Below, one piece after another: positions 50,499 through 63,571 of a stretch of DNA of 64,000 nucleotides. Positions within the stretch are counted from its first letter, which is position 1, and every line of letters begins with the position of its first letter. The DNA is from a virus (taxonomy: Duplodnaviria > Heunggongvirae > Uroviricota > Caudoviricetes). The position numbers were made by a program, and so were the translations under genes. The stretch lies in IMG/VR virus record IMGVR_UViG_3300021431_000083, one strand, 5' to 3'. The notes below the pieces were generated by a model, which was given only the letters and a program-made list of their open reading frames with translations, was not told where the DNA came from and did not search any database.

Positions 50499-53400
50499 TT
50501 AATATTTATATTTATTAGCATATTGATAAGCATTATCAGCCAGCTCTGTTAATGCACGCTCAATTTCAAGTGCGGTTGTTACACCTGGGAAATTAGCACT
50601 AACTTCAACACGTTGTTCAACATTATTATTAGAAGCATTTGAACTTATACTATTTCCAAAAGAAGGTAGCTTGTTAACATTGGACATAATGTCACGAACT
50701 ACTTCTACTGTAGAAAGCATGTTCTTAGTATCATCAGCATTAAGAACTAATTCTTTTTGATGAAGAATAGCTAATTTTCCTTTCTTTTCATCCATGCCCA
50801 TATCTGTTCATGTTCCAGTATAGCCACCAGTATCTCATTGCCCAACTTTAATTGTTAAAGGCATTCCTGGACGACTATGATTCTTTTTATATTCTTCTGC
50901 GGCTGTATAGCTTGTTGTTCTAAACACCATTCCACCGCCGAATCCATGAACTGAATAGTGCGTAGGACGATTATCATTACTGCTAGAATCATCATTACTA
51001 CTATAAATAGGAGTACTGTTAGTATAAGTAGGCTCACTATAACTGTTATCATAACTACTTCCTCCTCCTCCATCACTATATGAAGTAGTATAAACATCAT
51101 TATGATAAGTAGTATATGTAGTAGTATAATCAACAGAAACATCAATATCTGAATTTTCTGCGATGCGCTCTAATTCATCTGCCGCAAGTGATGCAGAATA
51201 CTCTATATCACCAAGGGCCTCATCCATCGCATTAGCTTTAGGAACAAATTTCTCTGCTTTTGTAATAGCATCACTTATTTTACTATTTCATCCATTCTCT
51301 CCACCAATTGCAGTTGTTGATGCTGATATTACGTTATTTAAATATCCTAAATCTTCTTTAAGACTTACAGCATCATCATCTAGTTCTTTTGTTCCTTCTG
51401 CTGTTGGTGTGAGACTATCACTCACAAAATTATCATAAGTAGTTCCTGTATTAATTAATACTTCATTATTTATACTTTCATATTCTCTTAGATAACCATC
51501 TGATCCTGTGATTTTATCAAAAGTTTCTCTAATTCCTTGATCTATATTATTAGCAGTAGTGATGCTTTCCGTTTCTGTAACTTTAAATCGATCATCAATA
51601 CTAGTTAACGCAGCTGAAATAATTCCTTCAATACTATCATCGCCTTCACTTTGTTGCATAAAAGCGCTTTTTATAGAATTACTTATTCTAGGTAACTTAT
51701 CTTTTTCAAGACTGTTTCCAATATTAGTTCAACTAGTATCAGAATCTTCTTCTGTTGTTTGAAGGAGTTCTTTCATTGTTCCTTTATCTCCGAACAACCC
51801 TTCTGCACCAGAAAGAATCTTCGTGAAAACGCCTAAAGCAGATTTTGCAAAATTCTCTCAACTTTCATCTGTGCCGCCTTCACCAGTTTGATAATCTATT
51901 AAATCTTGTTTCATTGTTCCGAGAGTATTAGAAGATAACGTTCTTATTCCTTCGTATACTTCTTCTAGTTTACCTAAATTTTCTTGTGCAATTAAATTGT
52001 CAGCTTCTATAAAATCATTGTAAAGGTTAACAGATATTCCTTTAATTTCTACAGAAGAATTATTCATATACTCTTTTAAACTTTCAAGAGTATAATTGAT
52101 TCGTTTAGCTTTTTCATCAAAACTTAATGAGGCATCCGTAGCAATTTGAACGACTATTTCTTTTGTCTTTAAAGCTGTTTGAACTGCATTATCATAAGTT
52201 TCTAAGAATATTTGCTTGGATAAATTATATGCTTCTTGTTGAGCATTTAATAATGCTTGCTGAGCTTGATTTACTGCATTTTCATCAGCACCATAAACAA
52301 AATCATAATTACCTGCGGCATTACGCTGTAACCGCATTTGACTTTTGTTGTTTTGAGCTTCTTCTAATGCAATTTGTTTCTGAAGAATTTCTAACTGTTT
52401 CTCTGCATACTGAACATCATATTTACTAATTGCCAAATTTTCTTTAGACGCATCTGTTCTAGTACGCAAATAATCTAATTGATCTTTCATATGTGCGGAA
52501 ATACGTTGCTGTACTGCAAGTCCCGCGTTTTGTGTATCATTTAATAAATTTTGATATTTTAATTGTAACTTTTGAATTTCAAAAGCACGATTATAATCAT
52601 CAAGATATTGTTCAGAATTACGAGTTGCTATCTCTCATTGTTGAGCAATTCATTCAGCATCTTGTCCACCAAAGAAACCATTAACCATCTCATCTACTTG
52701 AGATCTTACTTGTGCTTCAAGTTTTGATGCAATATCTTGAAGCAAACTAGTCTCTGTATCAATTTGTTCTTGTTGAAGTTTAGCGACTTCATTACGAGCA
52801 TCACGTAATTCTTTACGTTGCTCTGTAGACAGTTTTTTATCGCTACTTTCAAGTTTTTCAAGTTCTCTAACAGTAATTTGTTTAGCTTCAAGCGCTTCCC
52901 CAATTGTTGCCATTTTACTCATATTGGTGTTAATTTTTTGATTATAAAGCTTAATTTGAGCACCATAATCATCACCAAATAATAATTTAACTTGATTTAA
53001 TCGAGTATCAAGAATATCTTCAATTCTATCATATGCTTCAAGCCTATTGTCAACAAGTTCGTCCATCTTTGCAGAAGCTTCACTGATAGTATCTAATAAA
53101 GAATCATAATACCCAATTATATCATTAAGAGAATCAACAACTTTGTCTGTAGCTTCACGGAGATTTTCTCTAGCAGCTTGTTGACTAAGTTTTTCTTCAT
53201 CAGCGGTTTTTCCATCTTTTCCGCTCTTATCAAAAACATCTTCGGCATCTTTAATACGTTTATCTAGATTCTTTATTTCAGCATCAATTACAGATATAGA
53301 ATTTTTATTAAGTGTCGAAGAAAGTAAATTAGATAATCCTTCAGAATAGAATCGTCTATCATTATCAAAGTGACTATATCCACTACCGCCTTCTCTTCAA

Positions 53401-56400
53401 TTACGGGCCATTCTGTTAAATTCACGCTGGCTATCCATCGCTTCAACAACTTGATCAATACCCTCTTGGATACTATCAACTATTTCATCTGCGGCATCTT
53501 GAATTTTCTCATTATACTCTTGAATTTGACTTTGACTATCTTCAATAGTTTTAAGAGAAGATTCATAGTCTGATACTGCTTTCATAAAATCATCATGATC
53601 TTTTTGAGCCAACTCAATATTTTTTTTGTATCAAGTAGTATCTTCTACACCATTACGAACTGCTGCATTATATCTTTCTATTTCATCATTTACTTTTTGA
53701 GTTAAAGCAGCTTCAATATTTTTTCCATTTTCAATGTTACCTTTGGAATCAAATTTAACACTACCAAAACCAGCACGACCCGCAAAACCATTAAGGGTTA
53801 AATTACCATTTTCATCATACGTATGTGTTTGTTGATTTTTTACATGCTTCTTTGCTAAACTAACTTCTTTTTCAAGTAATTTGATATATCCTTTATATTC
53901 ACTCTGCATTTTCTTTAAATTAGAAATACGACTTTTACCAAACAGTCTATCTTCTAATTTTGTTAATTTTTCCATCGCTGCAGATGCACGATCTAAATCA
54001 TTGGTTATATCAGTTAAATAATCTCACTCATTTTTTTGTTTATCTTCTGGATCAATTGTTTTTTGCTTAGGAGTACTATTATTTTTTGGAGAAGAAGATT
54101 TTCCACCAGAAGGTTTTGGATTACTGCTATAACCACCAGTATAAGAAGGATTACGTGCAGCTGTATTTGCAGTTTGAACACCTGAACCAGTATAATGTGT
54201 ACCCTGAAGATATGGAATCCTTGTTGTTGTTTCTACTGGTACCATATGTGGAATCATTCTAATTTTTGGAATAGACGGTGCTTGACTTCCATCTGGCATC
54301 GGTCCAACCTGGTCAACCCAATCTACAGCAACCTCATATTCTACTGCATCAACGGTGCCTTTCCCTTCAGCATATTGAATTTTAGCATCCATTCCAATAG
54401 AAGAAAGAATGTTTGAAGCCTGTTCCGCAGATATTTGACTATCTGCAAGCATCATATTTAATTTTTGAATAAAGGGTTTATCATCGAGATCTGTTGTAAT
54501 TGTAATAGTTCCAGCATTAATTTCTGCTTGTAATTGATTTAATTCATTTAACAATTGTGAACGTACAGCATCAACATCTTCCCCCTTTTTTAATTGAATA
54601 GAAAGATTTTGAATAATATCTTGTGCTGCTGCAATACGTAAATCATCAATGGCAGACATATCACCTTCAGCCATACGTTGAGCATATGCTAAAGCATCTC
54701 CACTTTCAATAAACGTATCACTTAACGTACCAGCATCAATATTCAGAACTTCAGATAATCCTTTATCTAAGTCGTCTAAAGCTTCATATCACTCTGTGGT
54801 ACCTTTAAGAGCATCATTAGTAAGAATTTCAGATATGTCACCAATTTTATTGCGTAAAGTCACAACGCCATTACTCATACGAAGAATTGCGGCAGTAGTA
54901 TCTCTTGCGGCATCATCTAAATCTTCAATTTCAAGATTTATTTTTGAGATTTCTTCTGCTTCTTCTTCTGTAACTTTACCGTCTTCCTTTTTAACAGCAA
55001 TTAAATCTTCAAGACGTTCTTTTTCTTTTTGATAATATCCGCCTTCTTCTTCATAAGAGTTACGAGACATACGATTAAAGGCACCTTCAGACATACCACT
55101 GTCATTAAGGAAGTCTTTGAAATCCTCTTCATTAGAAGAAATATCTATGCGATTGGTAAAAGTATTACCATTAATATTAGTAGTTAAGTCTTCTGCTGCA
55201 GATGTAAGTAATTTAACAGATTCCGCAAATCCTTCAATATTAATCGTGCCATTTTCAATAGCTTTAGAAAAATCTTCTACAGAATTTATATTTAGAGATT
55301 TAAGTTGTTCTTGTAACGATATATCACTATTATAAGCATCAAAAGCAGCATTTTCATCGGCAATAGCTTTTTGATAGGCTTCTAAAATATCTGTTTTACC
55401 AGCTAATATTTCTTGAGTATAAGCTTGAATTCAAGCCCTAGCTTCTTCTTCACCTAAAAATGATAAATATTTTTTTATATCTTCATTTGATTGAAGTTCA
55501 TCAATAACTTCTTGATAATTTTTAACATTATTAAATAATCCACTATCTTTAAAAATATTTGCAGTATTTTCTGCAATCCCTTTATAAACTTCTACTTGTT
55601 TTTCTTCATTTTCAGTCAGTGTATTTTGTGTAACATATGCTTGTTTAGTTTTTATTAATTCTTCAAGAGCAGCTTTTTCTTCAATATATCCATCTTTAGT
55701 ATTATCTAAAAGTGCAAGTTGTTCTCTAGCAACGGCGATCTCTTTTTCAGCTGTTTCAATTGCACTTTTTTTAGTTTCTATCCTTTGGTCACCAGAGATA
55801 GAAGATCCTTCTCCAATGATATAGCCATTATCTCCAACAACAGGGCTACTCAAAGTAGAGTTTTCAGCATTCAAATCTCTAGATTGTTGACGTAATAGAG
55901 CTGTATTATATTCTCTTTGATTAAGTGAAGCCTGTTGAATTTTTTCATTTAACTCATCATATCGACCAGCATTGGCTAAAGCTTCTGCGCCTTCAATTTT
56001 TAAAGCTTCTGCTAATTCTAAAGATTTATTTTTTAAATCTTCTGAAGCTGCGCCAGTTCGTTTATAATTATCATAAACCTCGTCATAAGCAGATTTAGTT
56101 TCATTTAATTTTTGAACAATTTGATTAGAAGTATTAATCTGCTCTTCTAACTGTTGTTTCCTTTTTTCTTCTGCTTCTGCATATTGATTAACAGCAATAG
56201 TAGCCGCAGTTAATGCAGCACCTATTCCTAGAATGGCTCAACCGATAGGACCAGCCATTGCTGCAACTCTTGATTGTTCAATGCCCAATCGTCTAAGAGC
56301 TGCTGTCAATGCCTCAGTAGCAGCTGTTCTTAAACCAGTTTTAATAATTTGACTGGTTGTAACTTTTCCAGTAGCTTCTTCAATGGCAAGATTCGCTGTT

Positions 56401-59072
56401 TTAGTAGCAATTCCTTTTGCCATTGTTTCAGAATATCCTGCTTCTATTAATGCAGCAGTCATTTTTTCTTTATTTAATTTACCTTGCTCTATACTTTCAA
56501 CAGCAATTTTTTTAACAGTATCGCTCCGCAAAGATATGTTTAAAGCTTGTTTATCAGCTCATAACTCTTCAACAACTATTGCCGCAGCTTGTTGTACTTT
56601 TCAAGCTTCTCAAGCTTTATTAAGTTCTCTAACAGCATTTACACCTTGCATAATACCAGGTACTAACATTGTAATACCCATTAAGCCATTTAAGGCAATA
56701 GCATCAATTTTTTCTTTTAGAGAAGCACTTTCATCCCCAAGTGTTTTAAATGTTTCACCTATCATTGAAACACCAAATGCAATTGATGTTAAACTAGATA
56801 AACCTCTAATGATATTATTAATATTAGCTTCAAGATTAACGGTACTAACGGTTGCTTCCACCATCTTTTCACCAATTTTTAAATTATTAGAAGCAACCCC
56901 AAGTTTTTCAATTAAAGATTCTAATTCAGCAATATTAATTCCAAGACCAGAAGCTTCTCGCCGCATTTCTTGTAAACGAGTAATCATTTTTTCATCTACA
57001 CCAGCGCCAGTTGCAATTTTATTTGCATAATTAGCCACTTCTTTTGAAATTTCTGTGTATATCTTTAATTTTTTACTAAGCTCATTTTTAACTTTTTCTT
57101 CTAATTGGAGGGATTTTTCAATTTCTTCAGTAGAAGCTTTGCCTGCTTTAGCTTTCTCTTCTATTAATTTTATTTCTTCAGCATATTCAGTAACTTGCTG
57201 TTGAATTGCAAATTTTTCTTCAACGGCTTTTGCTCCAATTTGTTTAAAGAAAAGTTCTTGTTCTTTTAAAATACCTGTTTTTTGTTCTTCAAGTTCAACA
57301 ATTTGTTGAGACAAATCTCTTATTTTTTCTTGAGTCTTAACAGATAATTGGTCGTAATTATCTGCAACACTAGCAACAAGTTTACCAGCTACGGATTTTT
57401 GTCCTTGAGCTTGACCATAAGTTTGATCATAATTACTTAAACCAACAAGACTAGCAGTAGTTTGTAACTGATTTGCATTTCTACTATTAGCTACAATAGT
57501 TCCAATAGAAGTGGCCATATTTGTAACAGTGCCAGCAATTTGTGTACTAAAAGTACGAAGCATTAATGCACTTATTGCAGGTAAAACACCATTTAGTCCA
57601 CCCATTGCTTCAACTAAATCATTTAAACCATTAACTAAATGAGTAACATCTTCAATAACAGGTTCAACAGCATCTTGATTAAATAATGTAGACATTACTT
57701 GTTCGCCAGCAGCTTGTAAAGTATTAAGCCTACCTTCAATACTCTCCATATATATATCATTCATCTGATTCATCATACCTTCAGAACCAGCTCCGGTAGC
57801 ATTTAAAGCTTTTTGATAATATTCTGGATTATTCATTAATGCGGCGAAACGGTTATATTGGAATTTACCAGCAACTTTTTCACCAACCGCAATTTTCATA
57901 GTATCAGATAAACTAGACCAAACTTCTTGAGTTTCTTGAAGAATTTGGTCCATTCCTTTAAACTGACCTGTAGCATCAAGTACATCTACACCAATTGACT
58001 TTAAAGCATTAGCGTATTGACCATAATCAACGCCATCTTCAGCTGAACCACCAGCTTTAATATCAGCAAAACGTTGATAAATGGTTTTTAGACCATTACC
58101 GATTTCTTCAGCACTTTGACGTGTAACAGATTCAATCGTAGCAATTGAAGCTAAAAATGAATCTTGACTAGCACCGACCGCTTGCGCAACAGATGCGGCA
58201 CGCTGTGATGCGGTCATCAATTCATTAACATTAGATGCTGTATTATTAGCAACATTTGCAACTTTATCCATTGCTGCAGCCGTTTGTTCAAAATCAAGTT
58301 GAAAAGCATTACGGAAAGCAGTAATTTGATCTGAAGTAGTTGCAGTATCTTGTTCTGATACATTCGCTAATTTAATTGATAAATCTGCATATTGCTTAGA
58401 CTCTCTCTCAGAGAAACCTTCTTGAACGAATACTTTAACAGCATTTGTATAGTCAGTAGTGGTTGAACCTAAAGCTTGTGCTGCACTATTCGCATATTGA
58501 GCTAGTTCCCGCATGTCCTCTTTAGATGAGTTAGTAACCATTTGAATCTGAGTTAATGATTCATCTAAATCTTTCATATATGAAACGGCACCTTGAACAC
58601 TACTCATCATCTCTTGGAAAATACTTGCAGTAATACCCCAACGAACAGTATTTCCAAAAGTATTAGCTATTTTAGATAATGTAGTATTTACATTTAAAGC
58701 ACCCTTATTCATTGATAGAAGAGCATTTGACAAATTTGAAATTGCCATAGTACCACGAGTACCCATTTGCTCTCAATCTTTAACTATCATTTGTAAAGAT
58801 GTATGTTCTTTTTGTAATGATGCGTTTAACTTACTAAGATCAATTGTACCAATTTTAGGATTGAATGCTGCAGCAATAGCAGTTTGTAATTGATTAACTT
58901 TTTGAATAGATTTTTCTATTTTAGCATCATCAAAACCTAGTTGACTAAATCCGCTCTTATCAAACTTTAATGACTGTTTTAATTTAGTTAATTCATTTTG
59001 TAATTTAATAATGCCTGACGTATCAACATCTGTTACAATATTATACTCTACAACATTACTATATTTTGCCAT
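50499..59072 (-). CDS. tail tape measure protein (TP901-family-like core), about 2857 aa under code 4
   Basis: The 56610..58766 segment has the typical tape-measure composition. All 13 track pieces share one frame and every boundary checked is TGA. Strong AAGGAGG RBS at the 59072 start. TAA stop at 50499. Confidence 0.55.
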
Positions 59073-59258
59073 AGACTAAACCACCTCCTTATATACTCGA
59101 TATTGACGTTCTTTATGATTATCTTCTATCCTTTTCAAGAACATCCACTCCTTTATCTCTTATACGTATAACAAATAAAATAGGAATTCCAGGTGTAAAT
59201 TACACCTATAATATTTAAAAATTATCATATGTATATTACTGTTTTTTGAAATAAAAAA

Positions 59259-59279
59259 AAGGAGTCTATAAAGACTCCT
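59259..59279. terminator. terminator-like hairpin (GGAGTCT ... AGACTCC) with an A/T run
   Basis: Directly after the 60-aa gene ending at 59278. Confidence 0.45.
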
Positions 59280-59460
59280 AATTCTTTGGCTTTACATTTG
59301 ATATGTCAACATTTAATTCGTTTGCAAGATATTCAATCTGTGCTTTTAATAAATCTATATCTTTACGACATTTTTCATCAACGATTCTTCTAGTATCTCC
59401 ATTTAGAGTAAGATATGATACTGTTTCCATTTCCATTTTAAGCTCCTTTTTCTCCATCAA
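59278..59460 (-). CDS. small protein whose N-terminus (METVSYLTLNGDT) resembles the N-terminus of the collagen-like fibre (MDTVSYLTINDET)
   Basis: Intact ORF, TAG stop. Confidence 0.45.
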   Translation of the reverse strand: MMEKKELKMEMETVSYLTLNGDTRRIVDEKCRKDIDLLKAQIEYLANELNVDISNVKPKN

Positions 59461-59727
59461 TTAAACTATCTATTCTAGTATTGGCACGTTTAGCTTCAGC
59501 TTCTGCGGAAACAGCTATTGTTCGCACATCCTGTAAATCACGACTAAAAGATCTTATATCAATTTTAACTTCCTTAATGTCATTAGACATAAAATCAAGT
59601 TTTGTTTTTATCTCTGACTCAGATGCTTTTTGCTGACTTGCATCTGTTCTAGTATTTCTTAATCACCCCGCGGCACCAACTAAACAACCAATAATAGCTA
59701 TCATTATAGAAATTGTATTTATATCCA
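59438..59727 (-). pseudogene. paralog of 59852..60148 (N-terminal TM plus coiled coil), with an apparent 1-nt frameshift after codon 9
   Basis: ATG GAT ATA AAT ACA ATT TCT ATA ATG TAG. The paralog-like continuation VAIIGCLVGAAGW(TGA)LRN... lies in the -1 frame and aligns without gaps to MDMATVSILIVIVGCVIGLAEW. Confidence 0.4.
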
Positions 59728-59819
59728 TACCTCTCCTTTTTAAAGCTATTATTTAACCATCTATATTATTTGATTTTCAAAAACTATAAATTATTATAAT
59801 TTGTTATTTTAAAACAAAA

Positions 59820-59846
59820 TAGGGCAAGTATTTTTATACTTGCCCA
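59820..59846. terminator. rho-independent terminator hairpin (GGGCAAGTA ... TACTTGCCC)
   Basis: After the gene ending at 59852. Confidence 0.5.
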
Positions 59847-59851
59847 TATAA

Positions 59852-60148
59852 TTATTTCTTGATAGTTGGTGGAACTGGTTCTTGAATTTTTAATTTTTCT
59901 TGAATTAAAGAAATAATTTTTTCATTAACAATTTTTTCTTCAATGGCCTTTTGGACAATGACTTTAGTTAATTCTTCATCATTCTTTAACTCATCCAACT
60001 GTTCTTCAAGATGTTCTATCTTAGTCTCAAGAGTACGAATTTGTGCGGCCATTGTCCCCGCATCATTTTTTATCATCCTTACCCATTCAGCTAAGCCAAT
60101 TACACATCCAACTATTACTATAAGAATACTAACTGTAGCCATATCCAT
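59852..60148 (-). CDS. small membrane protein with N-terminal TM helix and coiled coil (98 aa)
   Basis: Intact ORF, TAA stop. Confidence 0.5.
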   Translation of the reverse strand: MDMATVSILIVIVGCVIGLAEWVRMIKNDAGTMAAQIRTLETKIEHLEEQLDELKNDEELTKVIVQKAIEEKIVNEKIISLIQEKLKIQEPVPPTIKK

Positions 60149-60158
60149 AAGAACCTCC

Positions 60159-63100
60159 TTAGATTCTTTCCATTGCTTTAGACATACTTACTGACATAGC
60201 ACTTCCAACTCCAAGAGGAATAGAAATAGATTTAACCACATAATCACCAAATGTATTTGTACTATGGTCATTTAAAGTAACTCTAACATTTGGTTCTAAA
60301 TAAAAGCATGGAATTGCGGTTATACTAACGATATTCTGATAAGAAGTGTGTTGTTGTAAATCATATCTAATTTGTTCATAAGCAGATTGTTTAAAACTAC
60401 CAGTTGCAAAATTATTACAGTACATATCTGTTACTTGGATAATATCTTCCGCAATGTTTTTTAAATCCGTAAATACTTGATTTTTTTCTTGCGGATTTAA
60501 ACCACTAATATTAACAAAAGCATAGTCAGGAATTTTAGGAGCAAAAATACAGTTAACACCATCACTGACAGTAACATTTGTGCGGCGCCCTATATTCTTT
60601 ACACTATATTCACCTCAAGTGGGAGAAGAACTATCAATCATATCAAAGAAATAATAATAGTGATCATTTTCATAGTTATACAAGAAATTCATAATTTCTC
60701 CTATTTTACCATTTTTAAATGATGCTTTACTACTATCATTACTTTGTTCTTCACCAATATTAGCAGTTTCTCTCTCTTTACCGTCAATAGTTTTATTCGT
60801 AAACTTATATTTATTACTATCAATTAAAACGCCTGTACTACCAACAAAATAATTAATATAATCAATGCTTGTTGAAACTAATTGATTATTTTTAAAATCA
60901 AATGTAGAAGGTCAATTAAGTTTTAATTCTTGATAATAAGGGCCTGGGTCGGTTCCATTCTCTTCAGCCCGCAACCCCATTAAAAATAATTCTGTTCGTC
61001 AATTTGTAGGAACGTAGGTGTTTAACTTATTAGTGTCTGTAACATCAATATAAGGTAAATCTTTCTGTTGTGCATAATTAATATAATCTTGTTTATATCA
61101 AGAAGAATTACAATTCATTGAAGGATAATATGTTTGATTTAAATCAGATACTTTATCGTCTCAATTAATAAGTGAATAATCAATAAAAGTCATCGGTCCG
61201 AATCCATCTGGATAATAAGTTTTACTATTATCCTTTTCACTAGTATGATAATATTGATATCATTCTAATTCATTTCATCCATAATTATTCTCAGTATTAT
61301 CTGTATTATAATATCAGAAAGATGTTGACCGAATATTAATTGTCACATCTACTGGATAATATGTATCTGGAGCAACTAAACCGCCAGCACCGAATGCTGT
61401 CAATGCTGAATATAATAAATTCAATCTTTTATTACATATATCTCTTTGAGACATATAGTTATTAATTAAGTTTTGAATTGCAGTTTTTTTACTAATTAAA
61501 TCTGAAGTTGAACCACCACTTCTTTCAATAAAAGCAATCTCAGCATCATATTCATTTGTTATTTGAGTATATTGTTCAATTAATATATCTAACTGTCTTT
61601 GTTTAATCTGTAATGGATCTAAATATTTTAAACATTGACTCTTTCTTGCGGCCCTCAATGCTTCTTCATAATTTGATGATACAGATACCCCTTCTCAAAG
61701 TTTCTTAATAGATATATCAATAACAGGCCAATAATTCTCATCTTTCTTAGGTAAACTATCTTCATCACTTATATTTGAAAATAATAATTGCAATAGCCGC
61801 AACAATCCACCTACTCTTGGGATAATAGGATCATTGCTATCTTTGTTATCAGAATATGAAGTGTATAAATCTTGATAATATACAAGAGTAGAAGATGAAG
61901 CCTCTTTAGTCATACTATATCTTCTTAATTGTCTCGCCAATGTAAAAATAATATCTCTATATCGTTCTTTATATGTTGAATTATCTGTATAACCCATATA
62001 TCTTTCCAAAAGAGCAAATAAGTAGTTTTTATTATCATCATTATTTGTTTTATTTGAATTAAGAACGAAAGTTCTTTCTTCAGTAATAAGATTATTTTCA
62101 TTCTCAACAAAATTATTATAATGATATTCAAAATCATCCATACCTTTTAATGATTTCTTGAACGTATATGTTTGCGGTTCATCAAATAATCCATATATCT
62201 TACCGCTTTCACCAAACTCTGGAAGTGTTCAAACATATTCACCTTTATTAAGTTTAGGGTCAACTATTATAGGTTTAGTTATTGTAGTATCTTTATTTAC
62301 TGGATCAGTATATATTAATACATTATCATACCCTTCTACGGTAATCGTAGGTTTACTATCAATCACTAAATGATATCTACAAGGACGTTTAACACCACTT
62401 ACATCAATTGTACCTTCAACAATAAAATCATTTTTAATATTCTCATAAGAAGGTGTATTTGTAATACTAATTAAATTTATATTATCATCAAAAGTATAAA
62501 CACTTTTTCCTTGTGTTGATTCATATAAATAATCTATATCTTTTGTTTCTTCAATTTTTTCTCATATATCACTAGATTGAGCATTGTTTAAATAATTTTT
62601 AATTTCTTGAAAATGAAACTTCCCTTGCTCGTCATAAAAGTATTCATAATTACCTAATCAATCTCGCAGCTTGTCTAGAACATCTGTAACTTTACTTCCA
62701 GCATTAAAAGTAAGTTCTTGGTCATAAACAAAATCTTCATACATATAACCTATATTTTGATTAGTTCTATATTCTTTTGCACCAATGACTTCTCCATTAT
62801 AATTAACAGGAGTGTGCGCAGTTTGCTTTTCATCTAAATCAGAAGTAAGACAAACATCATAAGATATTTTATTTGTCTTAGTATCAATAATAGGGTAAAT
62901 TCATAAAGACTCTTCTCCCATTCATCTAATAATTCTTTTAGCTTTACGAGGAATATCATCAATAATAATATTAGATAAATCTTCATTTCCAAAATGATTA
63001 ACAGTTTCCATAATAATATCATAAATTAATGCTTTATTGGTATGAGCAACACCATTAACCATCGTTGTTACTGTATCAAATCTAACAGTCGCGGGAAGTG

Positions 63101-63551
63101 TTCCTCCAATAGTTCCATCTAATTGTGCCATTTTATCTTTAAATTGAAGATTAATACTCGCGGCACCAGTTGCAGAAGCAGAAATAGCAAAACTGGTTAT
63201 AAAGAATACACCTTGCGGGAATCAGATAATTTTTTCACCAGGATATTCATCTGTTTCATTAGTTATACCTAATTCAAGATATATTTTTTTTGATATAGAG
63301 TAATTGCTTTTTATACTTTCAGGGTCATATTTAAAAGCATCAACCGCACAACTTAAATTACAAGTGCGGCGAACAGCGGAATCCCCATTTTTAGTGAGGG
63401 TTCCGCTGGTTATTTTTCCTTCTATACTCTCTAATGGTACTTCACTACTATATTCGAGCAATGTGATTTTAACTCATTGTTCTCGAACACGAAGAGTATC
63501 AATTTTACTAAGGAAATTTGTATCATTAGAGTATGGATATTGTTTTTTCAT
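60159..63551 (-). CDS. large virion structural protein, about 1130 aa, needs code 4. Putative tail or baseplate component.
   Basis: ATG at 63551 with GGAGGA RBS. The six track ORF pieces share one frame. TAA stop at 60159. Confidence 0.5.
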
Positions 63552-63571
63552 TTTTCCTCCTTAGTAAAATT

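Noticed and set aside
12-57030. Plus-strand ORFs in the track, for example 12..332, 11650..12036, 12312..12776, 38573..38989, 52163..52429 and 56383..57030
   Set aside because: All lie antisense to much better minus-strand coding sequence. They have low-complexity or hydrophobic translations with no RBS, and in AT-rich DNA such shadows are expected. No plus-strand gene could be supported anywhere in the window.
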